A stretch of 64,000 nucleotides of DNA from Vulcanimicrobiota bacterium (GTDB lineage Bacteria > Vulcanimicrobiota > Vulcanimicrobiia > Vulcanimicrobiales > Vulcanimicrobiaceae), in assembly GCA_963714015.1 (NCBI GenBank), contig OY970223.1, forward strand, positions 1,504,001 through 1,568,000, given 5' to 3'. This document shows positions 61,100-64,000 of the stretch, one piece after another. The position numbers were made by a program, and so were the translations under genes. Numbering within the stretch: the stretch's first letter is position 1; every line of letters begins with the position of its first letter. Below the pieces are notes generated by a model. The model searched no databases and was not told where the DNA came from. It worked only from the letters and a program-made list of their open reading frames with translations.

Positions 61100-62600
61100 T
61101 TAGAACTTGAGGCCTAAGCCGATGTAGGGTCCGTTCTCCGAGAAATCCGACGGCGCGTTGGTATGATTCTTACCGCTGTCGCCGAGGAATCCGAGTTCGA
61201 AGAATGCGGGGATTTGCGGTCCGAGTTGGATGCCCAAGCCGATGTCGTAACGGAAGATGTTGTACGACAGGTCAAAGGGTCCGGTCGGACAGGTCGTCAC
61301 CGGGCACGTGCCCTTGACGTTCGGATAGTAGTAGGCGCTGCCGTACCACGTCCAGCCGGTTTCTTTCAATTCCGGCAGTTTCTCGATGCCGCCGCCCCAT
61401 GCGTTTTGCCGCGGATAACCGTAGTTACCGCTGCGCCACAGGTAGCCGGCGCCGATGTAGATGTGCGAGATTTATGACCTTCAGCCCAAGACGGGCGTCG
61501 ACGGATTGATCCTCGGCAGTGAAGGCCGGAACGAAGGTCGAGAACTGTCCGCCGATAGCCGTAACGCATCCCGGTTCCGTCGCCGGATTCGGATTTGCGA
61601 TGCCGGTGCCGTTACATTGTGCACCCGGGAACGGACCATTCACACCGGTGGGATCCGTAACCGCGGTTTGCGTTGTGCGGGTAACGGTAGTTGCGGAAGT
61701 CGCCTTCGATCATCCACGGCAGATTGAAGATGTTGAACTCGTACGCGCCGCGGATGCGATAGGACATGCCGTCCTTCTTCATGTTGCCGACGTTGCCGGG
61801 GCTGAACTCGTTGTACACCTTCGGCGAGATGATCCAGTCGCCGGCCACGAAGACGTTCGCAGGCGGCGCGGTCGGAACCGCGGTGGGAGTCGGCAGCCGG
61901 GGCCGGAGTCGGCGTTTGGGCGCGGCGGCGGCGGTGGCGGCGGCGTGGGCGGCAAGTAGCGGACGACCACAACGCGGCGGTCCGGAACCCACTGCACGTA
62001 TGCCCCCATGCCTTCCGAAATCACGCGAACCGGAACCACGACGTGGCCCTGGTAGATCTCCGGCGGAACGTCCAGCGGACGCGTCTCGCCGTTGATCGTG
62101 ACCTCGGGTTTACCTACGGTGACTTTGACGTCGGCGCCCGGCTTGGTCACGTCGACCGTCTTGCTTCCCGGGTCGTAGGAAACCGTTGCGCCCATTTGCT
62201 CGAACATCGAGCGGATCGGAATCAGAATCGTACCACCGCGCACCAGAGCCGCCAGGACGCGACCCTGCTTGAGTTCGTCCGGTTTGGCGTATACGTGGTG
62301 GTCGTTGAAGAGGATCGGAATCTGTCCGGACGGCGGTGAACCGAAGTTCGCCGGCGGCGTGTTTGCCGCAGGTGCCGCCGGGGCCGGCGATGCCATAGGA
62401 GTCGCCGCCGGAGCCGTCGAGGCTGCCGGCGAGGCCATAGCTGTCGCCGCCGGAGCTGGTGAAGCGCTCGGCGTAGCCTGTGCGATCGCGTTGCTTCCCA
62501 AGTTACCATGCGATCCAGACTGCGACGGAGCTGCCACCGCGCTAAGTCCCAAACCGGCTGCTATCAGCACGGCAAGGACTCCGGTGCTCAGTCGTTTCAA
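61100..62600 (-). CDS. Secreted protein: copper-amine-oxidase N-terminal (stalk) domain + Pro linker + beta-barrel-like C-terminus; several frameshifts
   Basis: LIPIRSMFEQMGATVSYD, VPVRVISEGMGA; C-terminal GPYIGLGLKF. Confidence 0.75.
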
Positions 62601-62772
62601 TGTTTCCTCCTAGTTAGATGAAGCCTCGGCTTGGTCGGGGGATATGACAAACGCAGCCAGGCGTCACGTCGTAAAGTACCCCGAAGCAAGCAGAGCTAAT
62701 CCTTCGGGAACTGGGTTGCCCCCCCTGCAGCATAGTGCAGACGGCCCGTCCCGTTCGCCTATAAAGGTAGCG

Positions 62773-63170
62773 TTAAGCGAGCTTCTCTTCAAGCTTTGCG
62801 AGGAATTTTGCCCGGTCCATGATGTAGCGCTCGTGGGTTCCCTCGGCTACGGGCTCCTGTTCGTCGAAGACTTGGACGGCAAAGCTGATACGGGGACCGT
62901 CGACTAGTACGACCTCGACTTCCGTCCGGACGATGAAACCGACCGGAACCGGTTTGTGATGTTCGAGGTCTACATGGGTGCCTAAAGTGATTTGGGAAGG
63001 ATTCGAGCAGCAGGTGCCACACAGGCCATCGCGGCGTCTTCGATGAGTTGGACGAGCATGGGCGTCGAGAGTACGTCCACACCCTTGTTCCCGGCTTTTT
63101 CCGCGGTCATCCACTCCTCGACGCGGGTCTGCCGGCTGAACGTCCGGCCGATATCGAGTTTCGCGCGCAT
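62773..63170 (-). CDS. FlK-like (fluoroacetyl-CoA) hotdog thioesterase; frameshift near 63010
   Basis: VLSTPMLVQLIEDAA, then LGTHVDLEH and EGTHERY. Confidence 0.8.
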
Positions 63171-63322
63171 GGCCCCGAGACAATACCACGCGTGAACCCG
63201 CTTCCCTGGGCGGCACATTCGGGTTTAAGGTTTTGCCGATAGTATCGTGAATCAATTGGCGCTCGCCGGCGTATCTACGTATAAAATGGGCGACGCTTTA
63301 CTTGGTGGTTAAAAGGAGTAGC

Positions 63323-64000
63323 ATGCAATATCAACGCTGGGCGCTGGCAGGGGCCCTTACGGCCGCTGTGCTTTTGGGAGGGTGCTCAAAACCGCCGCAG
63401 CAGCGCGGCGCGCCCGCACTCGACGTGGACGTCGCCCAAGCGCAGCGCCGCGACATCGCAACGTACCTGTCGTTGGACGGTCAAATCTCTCCGCTGGAGC
63501 AGTCGACGCTCTCCTTTCAACAGTCCGGACCTCTCACGACCGTAAACGTCGTGCAGGGCGATCGCGTGAGCGCCGGCGAGTTGCTCGCAAGAATTGACGC
63601 CTCCACCCTGCAGGCGCAACTGGCTCAGGTCCAGGCGCAAATCGCACAGGCCTCGGCGCAGGCCCAAGCCTCGCAGCTGAACGTCCCGATCACGCAGTCG
63701 TCGACGGCGCAAGCGGTGGAGAACGCCAAAGCGGCGCTCGCGAACGCGAAGCTGCAACTACGATCAGAACAATCAGCTCTACAAGCAGGGCTACGTGTCG
63801 CTTACGGCGCTGGAGCAGGCGCGAGCAGCGTACGTGGCGGCGCAGACGCAGTACCAGACGGCGCTTTCGAATACCGGCAATACCGGCGTGCAAAGCTCGA
63901 ATGCTGCGGCAGCGCGTCAAGCCGTCGCTGCGGCGCAGGCTCAGGCGAATACGCTGCGCACGCAGATCGGTCAAACCTCGCATGTACGCGCCGTTCAACG
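63323..64000 (+). CDS. RND/ABC efflux periplasmic adaptor lipoprotein, partial
   Basis: SD AAGGAG, lipobox LLGGC, VVQGDRVSAGELLARID, coiled coil; frameshift near 63758. Confidence 0.85.
   Translation, partial: MQYQRWALAGALTAAVLLGGCSKPPQQRGAPALDVDVAQAQRRDIATYLSLDGQISPLEQSTLSFQQSGPLTTVNVVQGDRVSAGELLARIDASTLQAQLAQVQAQIAQASAQAQASQLNVPITQSSTAQAVENAKAALANAKLQLRSEQSALQAGLRVAYGAGAGASSVRGGADAVPDGAFEYRQYRRAKLECCGSASSRRCGAGSGEYAAHADRSNLACTRRST

Overview
GC-rich bacterial chromosomal window that is almost fully coding. The lineage is inferred to be Eremiobacterota/Vulcanimicrobiota from the style of the secreted hypothetical proteins; this was not verified. Housekeeping and metabolic genes include a branched-chain-type 2-oxoacid dehydrogenase operon with two E1-alpha genes, cydAB, ETF:quinone oxidoreductase, thiO-thiS-thiG, an EF-G paralog, sufC-sufD-sufS-sufU with divergent sufR-iscU (no sufB), folD, tldD/pmbA, two ECF sigma modules and many secreted proteins. 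About a dozen genes carry single-base frameshifts that are probably long-read errors. No rRNA, tRNA, CRISPR array or transposase was seen. Most notable observations: (1) a REP-like hairpin element sits at operon junctions inside translated mini-ORFs, and between E1-alpha and E1-beta it forms a frame-preserving relay of three stop/start-coupled peptides; (2) an ECF sigma factor is coupled to a zinc-finger anti-sigma/O6-methylguanine methyltransferase fusion; (3) a BCP peroxiredoxin has TGA at its catalytic Cys plus a SECIS-like hairpin; (4) a 173-bp element has perfect 29-bp terminal inverted repeats and internal hairpins; (5) several genes appear to start at CTG or ATC.
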